From Acidimicrobiaceae bacterium (GTDB taxonomy: Bacteria; Actinomycetota; Acidimicrobiia; Acidimicrobiales; Ilumatobacteraceae): a DNA stretch of 64,000 nucleotides. Made by a program: the position numbers and the translations under genes. The notes below the pieces were generated by a model that saw only the letters and a list, made by a program, of their open reading frames with translations, was not told the origin of the DNA and did not search any database. The stretch is taken from NCBI GenBank assembly GCA_024641005.1, contig JAHEDX010000010.1, positions 9,212-73,211 on the forward strand, written 5' to 3'. Positions 19,833-29,200 of the stretch are shown here, in pieces (the first letter of the stretch is position 1; every line of letters starts with the position of its first letter).

Positions 19833-20522
19833 TCACGTCGCTTCTTCGATCAGTGGACCGAACGCCAGAGCACCACCGACACCAAAGGCGACGGCGAACA
19901 CGGCGAGCAGACCGATCCACGGCCAACCCTCCGAGAGCGCCACCCCACCGGTGCCGAGCGCTGACTCCACCGCTCGCGTCGCCCCGATCAGGACGGGCGC
20001 CACCACCGGAAGCACGAGCAGCGGGAGCAGCGTCTCGCGACCAGTGAATCCTGCGGTGAGGCCTCCGTACAGCGTACCGACGCAGGCCAGCCCGCAGGTC
20101 GCGGTCACCAGGGTTGTGAGCAACAGCACGACACCACCCAACGGCACCTCGGCCCCGTACAGCAGCACGGCGGCGATCAACAGCATCACTTCGAGCACCG
20201 CCAACTGCACGCCCAGGGCGATCGACTTGCCCCAGTAGACGGCGACCGGGTCGACGCCGGCCACCCGCAATGCGTCGAGCGCCCCGTCCTCGCCTTCGAT
20301 CGAGAACGACCGCTGCACCAGGACCAGCAGGCTGAACAGCGTCGCCAGCCAGATCAGGCCGGGCGCCACTCGTTCGAGCAGATTCGACGCGTCGAGTGCG
20401 AACGCGAACATCACCATCGTCACCCCCGCGAACGGGAGCACCTGATTGGTCAGCACCTTGCTGCGCCGCTCGATCCGCAGGTCCTTGCCGGCGATCAGCC
20501 GCGCGATTCTCCAGCGGTTCAC
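19833..20522 (-). CDS. ccmB: Heme exporter permease CcmB
   Basis: 229 aa, six hydrophobic segments, and a typical CcmB N-terminus (IAGKDLRIERRSKVLTNQVLPF). The GTG start overlaps the ccmA stop (GTGA). Confidence 0.85.
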   Translation of the reverse strand: MNRWRIARLIAGKDLRIERRSKVLTNQVLPFAGVTMVMFAFALDASNLLERVAPGLIWLATLFSLLVLVQRSFSIEGEDGALDALRVAGVDPVAVYWGKSIALGVQLAVLEVMLLIAAVLLYGAEVPLGGVVLLLTTLVTATCGLACVGTLYGGLTAGFTGRETLLPLLVLPVVAPVLIGATRAVESALGTGGVALSEGWPWIGLLAVFAVAFGVGGALAFGPLIEEAT

Positions 20523-21214
20523 GTGGACGCTCCTGGCTCGTGCACCTGGCCGGCCACTACGTCGACGATCCGATCGGCCAGCGAACCGGCGCGTTCGAGT
20601 TCGTGGCTGGCGACGAGCACGGTCGCACCCGATCCGACCGCCTGGCGGAGCACCCCATCGAGTTCGTCACGGCCTGCCGCATCGAGCCCGGCATGGGGTT
20701 CGTCGAGGAGCCACAGTTCGGCCCGCCTCGCGACGAGACATGCGAGCGCTGTTCGCCGCTTCTGCCCCGCGGACAGCTTGGACACCACGACGTCACGAAG
20801 CCGGCCGTCGACGCCGAGCCGCGACATCGCTGCCTCGGCCTCGGCCGAGGTCGCTCCCACCGTCGACCCCCAGAATGTGACGTTCTCGAACACCGACAGA
20901 TCGCCGTAGAGACCGTTGCGGTGACCGAGCAGCCCGACCCTGGGCCGGATCGAATCGCGCTGGGTCGCCAGATCGAAGCCGAAGATCGAACCCGACCCTC
21001 GCGAGATCGGGAGCAGCCCTGCGCACATCCGAAGCAAGCTCGTCTTGCCCGCGCCGTTCGGGCCGCGGAGCAGAACGATCTCACCGACTCCGATCGACAG
21101 GGTGGCGCCGGCCAGCACCGGAAAGCCCCCGATGACCGCTACCGCATCGTCGAGCGCGACCACTGGAGCGGCGGCGACGCTGGGCGGGTTCGGCACTTCG
21201 GGCTCGACATCCAT
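20519..21214 (-). CDS. ccmA: Heme exporter ATP-binding protein CcmA
   Basis: Walker A GPNGAGKTS, signature LSAGQKRRTALA, and Walker B LWLLDEPHAGLD. It is the first gene of the cluster. Confidence 0.85.
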   Translation of the reverse strand: MDVEPEVPNPPSVAAAPVVALDDAVAVIGGFPVLAGATLSIGVGEIVLLRGPNGAGKTSLLRMCAGLLPISRGSGSIFGFDLATQRDSIRPRVGLLGHRNGLYGDLSVFENVTFWGSTVGATSAEAEAAMSRLGVDGRLRDVVVSKLSAGQKRRTALACLVARRAELWLLDEPHAGLDAAGRDELDGVLRQAVGSGATVLVASHELERAGSLADRIVDVVAGQVHEPGAST

Positions 21215-21399
21215 GGGCGATTGAACACGTTAGAGCCCGATCGCCGTTGCACCCACTCCCACGTATCCGACCATTCCCGCTTTTCGGGCTCGACAGCCCA
21301 GGTCGGACGCCATGAGGGAGCCGGACAGCTCATGGCGCCGGCCGGTGCACACACCCTGCCGACGGCGACCGTGTCAGGCGAGCCAGTATCGTCCTCGCT

Positions 21400-22806
21400 G
21401 TGACGGACGAGTTGGCGGGAGGCGGATCGGACGAGGGCGTGCCGTCGCCGGACGCCACGCCGGCCGGGGCCGGTCCAGACGATCAGGCGGTCTCATCGGC
21501 TGATTCGCCCGCTCCACGCCGGGGCCGGCAACGGATCAGCAAGTGGGATCGCCCACCACCGCCCCACGACTGGCGCTACTTCGTCGGCACCCTCGGCAAG
21601 GTTCTGATCGCGACCGGCGTCCTCATGTTCGGCTTCGTCGGCTACCAGCTGTGGGGTACCGGGATCGAGACCGCTCGTGCCCAGAGCGCCCTCAAGAACC
21701 AGTTCGAGCAGCTCGTCACCGAACGCCAGGCACAACAGGACCAGTCGCCGGTCAGCGCGCCGACCACCGACGGCGGGGTCGACGCACCGGACAACTCGCC
21801 CGATGACACCTCCGGCCCGAGCGATGCGACGACCACCACCCAAGTCGACAGCCCGGACAGCTCCCCGACCGCACCGATCGACGAGGCACTCGTGCCGATC
21901 GATCAGGCGATCCCCAGGATCGAGCGCGGTGACCCACTCGCCCTGCTCGAGATCCCGGCGATCGGTCGCAGCGACATCGTGGTACCCGGGGTCACGCTCA
22001 ACGACCTCAAGGACGGCCCCGGCCATTACCCCGAGACACCGTTGCCCGGCCAACTCGGGAACGCGGCGATCGCCGGTCACCGCACCACCTACGGCGCGCC
22101 GTTCTTCAACGTCGACCAGCTCACCCCCGGGGACGAGATCATCGTCACGATGATCACCGGAGACCGCTTCGTGTACGAGGTCACCGGTTCGGAGATCGTT
22201 TCGGCATCGGACTACTGGGTGGTCACGACACGCGACCCCACGATTGCCGAGCTGACGCTCACGTCCTGCCATCCGAAGTACACCGCAAAAGAGCGCATCG
22301 TCATCCACAGCCGACTCAACCCGGCCAAGTCGTCGAAGGTCGGCATCCCCACCGCGCCCTATGACCTCGACTCCGGCGACGCGCAGATCGCGGTTGATGA
22401 TCCCGTGGTGACGACAGTGTCCGACACCACTCCGTCCACGGGCGACGTCGCCGCACCGGGCGATCAGCCGTCGGTCGTCGAACCCCCGTCGAGCGACGAC
22501 GATCTCGCTGCAGCGTCCGAACCAGGCGACGACGGTCGAGGCGACACGAGCGCGGTGACCGACACCGAGTCGCCCGACACCGAGGTCGGCGACGCGTTCA
22601 CGGTGGGCTGGTTCGCCGACCGGGGCGCGTTCGCTCAGATCGCCGTGTGGGGAATGGCGCTGACGTTGATCTCGCTGGCGGCCTATGCGATCAGCCGGCG
22701 ATACCGGCACGATTCGATCGGGTTCCTCGTGGGCATCGCACCGTTCTTGATCGCCCTGTACTTCTTCTTCCAGAACGTGAACCGGTTGCTGCCACCCGGG
22801 CTGTAA
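21400..22806 (+). CDS. Class E sortase with extended linkers and a C-terminal membrane domain
   Basis: Catalytic His (AIAGHRTTYGAPF), TLxTC motif (LTLTSCHPKY) and Arg (VIHSRL). N-terminal TM segment. Acidic S/T/P/D-rich segments, followed by two C-terminal hydrophobic helices. Confidence 0.8.
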   Translation: MTDELAGGGSDEGVPSPDATPAGAGPDDQAVSSADSPAPRRGRQRISKWDRPPPPHDWRYFVGTLGKVLIATGVLMFGFVGYQLWGTGIETARAQSALKNQFEQLVTERQAQQDQSPVSAPTTDGGVDAPDNSPDDTSGPSDATTTTQVDSPDSSPTAPIDEALVPIDQAIPRIERGDPLALLEIPAIGRSDIVVPGVTLNDLKDGPGHYPETPLPGQLGNAAIAGHRTTYGAPFFNVDQLTPGDEIIVTMITGDRFVYEVTGSEIVSASDYWVVTTRDPTIAELTLTSCHPKYTAKERIVIHSRLNPAKSSKVGIPTAPYDLDSGDAQIAVDDPVVTTVSDTTPSTGDVAAPGDQPSVVEPPSSDDDLAAASEPGDDGRGDTSAVTDTESPDTEVGDAFTVGWFADRGAFAQIAVWGMALTLISLAAYAISRRYRHDSIGFLVGIAPFLIALYFFFQNVNRLLPPGL

Positions 22807-22844
22807 CAACCTACCGACGCCCGATTCGAGCCGGGACCGATCGG

Positions 22845-23462
22845 TCAGCGGCGGGCGTCGCGGATACGAACGAAACTGAACGGCAGGCCGGAGACCAGCA
22901 TCTGGTCCATCAGCCTGCCGAGCCGCGCCGTGAATCGGAGTTCGACCTCGGCGGCGGCGTGCAGGCTGAGCAGATCGTCGAGCACCTCGACCGATTCGGG
23001 GTAGACAGCGTCGCCGCTGATGTACTGGCCATCCGCATCGCTCCAGGGGGCAAATGCCGAAGCATCGAACGAGTAGCGGTAGATGCTCGCGTCGCGTACG
23101 CGTTCGAGCCAATGGCACTCGGCTGCGCAGATCCGGCTCGACTCGGTGTTGAACATGTCGGTGAGCACGGTCTGCTGTGCCGCCGAGTTGGCCCACACAC
23201 TGATCCGCGGACAATGTCGCGGGAACCAATACAGCGGTGAGTGCCCGGCGTCGATCGCCCAGACCGCCGGTGGGTGGCTGGGGTTCGTCGGGGGCACATG
23301 CGGAGCGAAGCGCTTGATCGAACCGTCCTCGCTGTAGTGGTAGACGGTGGCGACGCCGGCGGCGTGCGCAGCTGGTGCCGCGTTCGCCTCGCGAATCAGT
23401 TCGCGTCGCTTGTCATCGGTCAGCACCGGAGGATTATCGCGCAGAAAGTGGTCATTCGCCAC
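22845..23462 (-). CDS. Conserved hypothetical protein (DUF6886-like by recollection)
   Basis: High GC3. VYHYSEDGSIKRFAPH and VWAIDAGHSPLYWFPRHCPRI resemble DUF6886-type proteins (unverified). GTG 23462 overlaps the crotonase stop by 11 nt. The ORF-track extension to 23852 overlaps that gene out of frame. Confidence 0.5.
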   Translation of the reverse strand: MANDHFLRDNPPVLTDDKRRELIREANAAPAAHAAGVATVYHYSEDGSIKRFAPHVPPTNPSHPPAVWAIDAGHSPLYWFPRHCPRISVWANSAAQQTVLTDMFNTESSRICAAECHWLERVRDASIYRYSFDASAFAPWSDADGQYISGDAVYPESVEVLDDLLSLHAAAEVELRFTARLGRLMDQMLVSGLPFSFVRIRDARR

Positions 23463-24186
23463 GAAATGCCGCGGAGCGCTTCTCGAGGAACGCACGGCGG
23501 CCCTCTTCAGCATCGTCACTGGCCCAGGCACGATGCCGTGCGTCTTCGACCGCCGGGTCTGCTTCGGGCTCGCCCGCCGACGATTCGAGAGCCAGCTTGT
23601 GGCCGGCGATGGTGAGCGGCGCCAGCCGGCTGATCGACGCTGCCCACTCGAGCGCTGTATCGAGCCCCCCGAGACGGTGTACGGAGCCCATCGCATGCAG
23701 TTGTGCGCCGGTGTAGGTCTCGGCGCCCAACAGCATCGCCCTGGCAACCGGCCAACCGAACTCGCGCGACAGCCGCTCGACCGTCCAATGGTCGACAACC
23801 AACCCCAGACGCGCCGCTGGCACGCCGATCTTGCTGTCGGCAGTGGCGACACGCAGGTCGCACACCGAAGCCAGTTGTGCCCCTGCCCCCAGCGCAGGGC
23901 CGTCGATCGATGCGATCACGGGCGCCGCCAGGGTCGTGAAACCGCGCAACGTGCGAGCAAGGTCCGAAGCGAAGACACCTTGTTCGACACCGTGCAGGTC
24001 CGCTCCGGCACTGAAGGCAGGCGGCGCCCCGGTCAGCACGACCACCCTGGCATTCGCGTTGGCCTCTTGGGCTGCGAGCAGCCCGAGCAACGTCTCGTGG
24101 TCGACGGCGTTGCGCCGGTCGGGTCGGTCCATGGTGATCACGACCACCCCATCACCGATGTCCGCGCGCAGTTCGACCCGTACCAT
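23452..24186 (-). CDS. Enoyl-CoA hydratase/isomerase (crotonase) family protein
   Basis: MVRVELRADIGDGVVVITMDRPDRRNA, FSAGADL and GPALGAGAQLA are crotonase-fold motifs. ATG 24186 was chosen, and the long 5' extension to 24828 was rejected. Confidence 0.85.
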   Translation of the reverse strand: MVRVELRADIGDGVVVITMDRPDRRNAVDHETLLGLLAAQEANANARVVVLTGAPPAFSAGADLHGVEQGVFASDLARTLRGFTTLAAPVIASIDGPALGAGAQLASVCDLRVATADSKIGVPAARLGLVVDHWTVERLSREFGWPVARAMLLGAETYTGAQLHAMGSVHRLGGLDTALEWAASISRLAPLTIAGHKLALESSAGEPEADPAVEDARHRAWASDDAEEGRRAFLEKRSAAFRGE

Positions 24187-24447
24187 GCCCGCCACTGTAG
24201 AACGACATCTCGCCGACCTGGCCCCCGAGGGGTCGATCGTGCTCAGTTCGATCGAGGTGCGGCGCGACTCGGTCAGGCGTTCGAGGACGAATGCAGCCTC
24301 CCCGGCGTCCACCCCGAGTTGCTGCCGGTCGGATGCAGGCTGACCGCCGGCGCCATCGCCCGAGTCCACATGCGGGTGCGAGCGGCCATCCGGCCGAGGA
24401 CCGCGGTTCGAGAACACGGATTCGGCCCCTACGCTGGCGCTCACAGT

Positions 24448-24744
24448 ATGAGCCCGCCCAACCAGCCATCCGAATCGATCTCCCCCACCACCGCACACGA
24501 CCCTGTGCGCGAACGACGCGCCCAGGTCGCTCGTTGGACACTGCTCGCCAACCGGGTCGGTTACCTCGTCCTCGCACTGGCCATCACCTTGTTCGTGATG
24601 GCTTTCGTCTTCGGCTTCACGTCGATCATGGCGACACTGATCATCATCAGCCTCGTGGTGTCGTTCGCGCTCCTGGCGCCGAGCATCGTGCTCGGCTACG
24701 CCGTCAAAGCTGCCGAACGAGAAGATGTCGAACGCGGCGTGTGA
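24448..24744 (+). CDS. Small membrane protein (two TM helices), unknown function
   Basis: 98 aa with hydrophobic stretches (VGYLVLALAITLFVMAFVFGF, TLIIISLVVSFALLAPSIVLGY). It ends 22 nt before the TetR gene. Only the 3' part of ORF 23347-24744 looks coding. Confidence 0.5.
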   Translation: MSPPNQPSESISPTTAHDPVRERRAQVARWTLLANRVGYLVLALAITLFVMAFVFGFTSIMATLIIISLVVSFALLAPSIVLGYAVKAAEREDVERGV

Positions 24745-24766
24745 ACGGGTTACCCTTGGGTAACTC

Positions 24767-25357
24767 ATGAGCTCCCCTCGTCTATCAGCCGACGCACGCC
24801 GCGAACAGATCCTCGACGTCGCCATCAATGTGTTCGGGCGCGCCGGCTACTACGGCGCTTCGATGAACGACATCGCCGACGCGGCCGGCGTCACGAAGCC
24901 CGTGCTCTACCAACACTTCGACTCGAAGAGTGACCTGTATGGGGCGTTGCTCGACGAGGTCGGTGCACGCATGCTCGACGCGATCACCAAGGCGACCGCC
25001 AATGCGGTCGATGGCAAGGAGCAGACCGAACTGGGCTTCCAGGCCTACTTCAGGTGGGTCGCACATCGCCACGACGAGTTCATGTTGCTCTTCGGTGGGA
25101 CCGCCCGCCACGACGGCGAGTTCAGCGGACAGATCCGAAGGATCACCGAAGCAGCGGCAGCCGCGATCGCCCCACTGATCGCAGTCGACATCGACCCCGA
25201 TCATCGCCGCACGCTCGCCCATGCCCTGGTCGGGCTGGCCGAAGGAGCCAGCCGCCGGTTGGTGGGGCTCGGTCAGGCATTCGAACCCGACGAGATCGCA
25301 CGCGAGGTCAGCGCCCTCGCCTGGGCCGGACTGCGCGCCACCCACCGCGTCACCTGA
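24767..25357 (+). CDS. TetR/AcrR family transcriptional regulator
   Basis: N-terminal HTH (GYYGASMNDIADAAGVTKPVLYQHFDSK). 196 aa. Confidence 0.85.
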   Translation: MSSPRLSADARREQILDVAINVFGRAGYYGASMNDIADAAGVTKPVLYQHFDSKSDLYGALLDEVGARMLDAITKATANAVDGKEQTELGFQAYFRWVAHRHDEFMLLFGGTARHDGEFSGQIRRITEAAAAAIAPLIAVDIDPDHRRTLAHALVGLAEGASRRLVGLGQAFEPDEIAREVSALAWAGLRATHRVT

Positions 25358-25396
25358 CGCACACGCATCACCCACGGCATCGCCTGACGCAAACGC
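25341..25396 (+). repeat. Imperfect 30-bp tandem duplication straddling the TetR stop codon
   Basis: cccaccgcgtcacctgacgcacacgc (25341-25366) and cccacggcatcgcctgacgcaaacgc (25371-25396) share 22 of 26 identities, with a period of 30 nt. Confidence 0.6.
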
Positions 25397-25492
25397 GCTC
25401 CTCGCTGAGAACCGGGAAGGCGGCACGACTGGCGGCGAGGCCCCGTCGAGATCGCTCTCAAGCTGCGCCGACGTTCCGCCGAAGGAAAGGAG

Positions 25493-26158
25493 ATGCTGAA
25501 TTTCCGTTACACGATCGCGGCGGCCGCCGTGGCGCCCGTCGCAGCGAACTCGGAGGCCGTTCCATCTGCTGCCTCGCGCGGCCCGGCGCTCAGCCTGCTG
25601 ATCGTGGCATCGCTCTCATTGCTCGTTCTGGGCCTCGCAGCGTTGCACGGCACGATCCGGCGCCGACCGGCGACCGGTGAGCTCGAGGCACTGGCATGGA
25701 GCGACAGCTTGACCGGTCTCGCGAATCGCAGGCGGCTCGATCACGACATCCTCGCCCACAGCCGGCACAGCGGTCCGAACGCCGTGATCATGGTCGATGT
25801 CGACCATTTCAAGTCGGTGAACGACACGTTCGGCCATCCCCATGGCGACGCGGTGCTCCGGGCCATCGGGGAAATGCTGGCGAATCAGATTCGGTACGAC
25901 GACGTCGTGTACCGATACGGCGGCGAAGAGTTCTGCATCCTGCTGCCCAATACCTCGACCGACGGCGCCCGCGTCGTCGCCGACCGGATCGTGAAGGCCG
26001 CCCGCTCGGTCACGCTGCCCGATGGCCGGCACATCACGGTGTCGGTCGGCGTTGCGGCCTCGAGCAAGGGCGACGTCTGCCTGGCGGTCGAAACCGCCGA
26101 CCAGGCCCTGTACGCCGCGAAAGACCGCGGCCGCGACCAGGCCGTCACCGCAGCCTGA
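25493..26158 (+). CDS. Diguanylate cyclase (GGDEF domain) with N-terminal membrane anchor
   Basis: Active site RYGGEEF. I-site RxxD (RYDD) lies five residues upstream. One or two N-terminal hydrophobic segments. GAAAGGAG precedes the ATG. Confidence 0.85.
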   Translation: MLNFRYTIAAAAVAPVAANSEAVPSAASRGPALSLLIVASLSLLVLGLAALHGTIRRRPATGELEALAWSDSLTGLANRRRLDHDILAHSRHSGPNAVIMVDVDHFKSVNDTFGHPHGDAVLRAIGEMLANQIRYDDVVYRYGGEEFCILLPNTSTDGARVVADRIVKAARSVTLPDGRHITVSVGVAASSKGDVCLAVETADQALYAAKDRGRDQAVTAA

Positions 26159-26238
26159 GCACCGACGATCCATCTCGACCAGGACGGTCTCGCAACGATC
26201 TACGCGGCGGGATACGCCGGGGCAGTACGTTCGACGGT

Positions 26239-29200
26239 TCAGCGTCGAAGCACCACACCTCGGTAGCCATCGGCAAACCCGACCGATCGCAAGGCCCCTG
26301 CGACCTCGTCGGGGATCGCCCCGCCGTCGACCTTACGAACCTCGACCGTGCGTTCGCGCCCGCCGCGCACCAGCTCGGCGAGCGCCGAAGCCCAGGAGAG
26401 ATCGTCGGCGCCGGCGGGAAACATGACGAGGTGGTGGGCGCGGCGATCAAACCATACGAGCGCCGCCCCCTGGTGCATCACCACCAGCGCCGATGCCGAG
26501 CGCGCCGGTCGACCGGCGGTGGTGGGCCAAGCGAGCGTGGCACCGAACGGCTGCGCCGGATCGGTGGCCGCGAGCACAATGGCCGCGGGCACACGGTCGG
26601 GTGAGATCTCGGCGTCGATCGCATCGCGCTCGGACCGCAGCCGGTCGACAGCCCCCGGCAACGCGAACTGGGCGGCTCCGAGGCCGGCAACGAAGTACCC
26701 GCGGCGTACGCTGCCTCGTTCTTCGAGCACCTTCATCACGCCGTACACCGACGCGTATCCGCCGAGGACGCCCTCGGCGAGCACCGTCTCGCGGGTGACG
26801 ACACCGTAGCGTTCGAGCAGCTGGAGGGCCTGGGCGTGGGCCGCCTCGGTCAGAGTGGGAACAGGCTCGAGCAGCGGTCGGACGAGGCTCCAACGGCCGG
26901 CAGCTGCGGGCGGCCCCAGACGCGTCAGCCGCCCCGGCCGGGGGCGTGCCCCGGACCGTCTGCTCGCGCGCTTGGGGACGACCCCTCCCCCGGCCAGCAG
27001 CGCCCTCAGAGGTGCGAGCGAATCGTTGGTGACCTCGCCCGCCCAGACGAGATCCCACAGCGCTACCAGGAGTTCGGTGTCGGTCGCGTCAGGGGCGGCC
27101 TCGCGAAGCTGCCCCCAGAAGCTGGCACCGCGGGCGGACAGATGGGCACGCACGGCGTGATGCAGCGCCTCGTCGGGTGGCTCGGGGCGCTCCCAACCCG
27201 GAGCGAGCATCGCGAGTTGATCGGCGAAGCACAGCCGAATCCTGCCGTCACGGCCACCGATCGCACCGACGCCAACCCACACCACCTCGCCGGACGTGCA
27301 CAGCTCGTCGAGCGAAGCGGCGCGATATGCCGCCACTCGGGACGGCAGGACGTCGGATTCGAGCGTGGACGCGACGATCGGTGCGCCCGCCAGCATCCCC
27401 AACGCCTCGACCAACGAATCGGCCCCGCGACGCTCGGCCGGGATGCCGTGCCAGGACGGCATGAAGCGAGCCAAGGCATCCTGCTCGACTGGCTCGACCT
27501 CTTTGCGCAACACCGCCAGCGAGCGGCGGCGGAGCTGACGGAGGACGTCGACGTCACACCACTCTCGCTGCACGCCGTCTGGCCGGAACTCGCCGAGCAC
27601 GACCCGGTCATCGGAACCGAGCGCTGCGATCGCCCCCTCGATCCGCTCGACCGGGGCCCCGAACCGACGAGCCACATCGACGGCCAGGAACGGGCCATGG
27701 GTTCGAGCGAAACGACCGACGAGCTCTTCGAGCGGACGCGCGACCGGATCGGTGAACGCCATCGGAAGGCCGAGTGGCAGAGAGCACCCGAGGGCATCGC
27801 GATAACGGGCGGCGTCTTGCGCAGCAACGAATCGCACCTGGTCGGCGACACCGATCTCGATCGCGCGCCGCTCGCTGATCAGGGTCGCCAGCCAGTCGGA
27901 CCCTGACGCATGCTCGCAGCGCACGTCGATCTCGGCAGCCGTGAGATCACCGACCTTGCGCAACACATCGTGCAACTCGTCCGCAGAGCGCGCCCGCCTC
28001 CCATCGGCGAGGCACTGCAGCTCGAGCTCGACATCGGCCAGGACCCCAGGGTCGAGCAGCTCACGCAGTTCTTCGGCCCCCAGCAGATCGTGCAACAGAT
28101 CACGGTCGAGCGACAGTGCGGCCGCACGGCGCTCGGCCAAGGGTGCATCGCCCTCGTACATGTACTGCGCGATCCAGTTGAACAACAGACTGGAGGCCAT
28201 GGGGCTGGAGGTCGCCGTATCGACCTGCACCAGCCGTAGATGCCGGGACTGCAGCTGTGCGAGCACCTCGCGCAACGCCGGGACGTCGAACACGTCTTGG
28301 AGACACTCGCGGGAGGTCTCGAGCAGGATCGGGAACGTCGGGTACTTCGAGGCGACCGCGAGCAGGTCGGCCGCCCGCTGGCGCTGCTGCCACAACGGCG
28401 TGCGCTGGTCGGGTCGGCGGCGGGGCAGCAGCAGAGCGCGGCCCGCGCACTCGCGGAACCGAGCCGAGAACAGCGACGTCTGGGGCAAGGCCGCCACGAC
28501 GAGTTCGTCGATGTCGGCCGGATCGATCACGAACACGTCGAGGTCGAGCGCGTCGGCCGATTCGGGGAGCCGGATCACGATGCCATCGTCGCCCCACATC
28601 GTCTCGACCGGGAGGTCGTAGCGCTCGATCAGGCGGCGCTCGATGGCCATCGCCCACGGCGCGTGGACCGGCGTGCCGAACGGGCTGAGCACGCAGACCC
28701 GCCAGTCGCCGATCTCGTCACGGAAACGTTCGACCACGATGGTGCGGTCGTCTGGCACGACACCGGTCGCCTCCGCCTGCTCGGTCAGATATTGGACGAC
28801 ATTGCCCGCAGCGAAATCGTCGAGCGAATAGTGATCGCGCAACCGTTCGGTGGCTTGGTCGACGGGAAGCGCATGGATCTCGCGCACGAACGCACCCAGC
28901 GCGCGTCCCAACTCGAGCGGACGCCCGGGCCGGTCTCCGTGCCAGAACGGCATCTTGCCGGGCTGTCCAGGCGCAGGCGTGACGGTGACCCGTTCGAACG
29001 AGATGTCCTCGATCCGCCACGTCGAGGCGCCGAGCAGGAAGGTTTCGCCCGGGCGACTCTCGTAGACCATTTCCTCGTCGAGCTCGCCGACGCGCGTGCC
29101 GTCAGGCAGGAACACACCGAACAGCCCCCGATCGGGGATCGTGCCGCCGCTCGTGACCGCCAGTCGTTTGGACCCGTCACGCGCGCGGATCACGTCGTTG

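Noticed and set aside
21233-21291. 8-bp inverted repeat GAGCCCGA ... TCGGGCTC with a 43-nt spacer in the ccmA/sortase intergenic region
   Set aside because: The loop is long, nothing further supports a structured RNA or operator, and the match could be chance in GC-rich DNA.
24233-24255. Two copies of palindromic TCGATCG(A) 15 nt apart in the crotonase / small-membrane-protein divergent region, as a possible TetR operator
   Set aside because: TCGATCG-type strings occur very frequently throughout this sequence, being a by-product of ATC/GAT/CGA codons. The pair is therefore not significant on its own.
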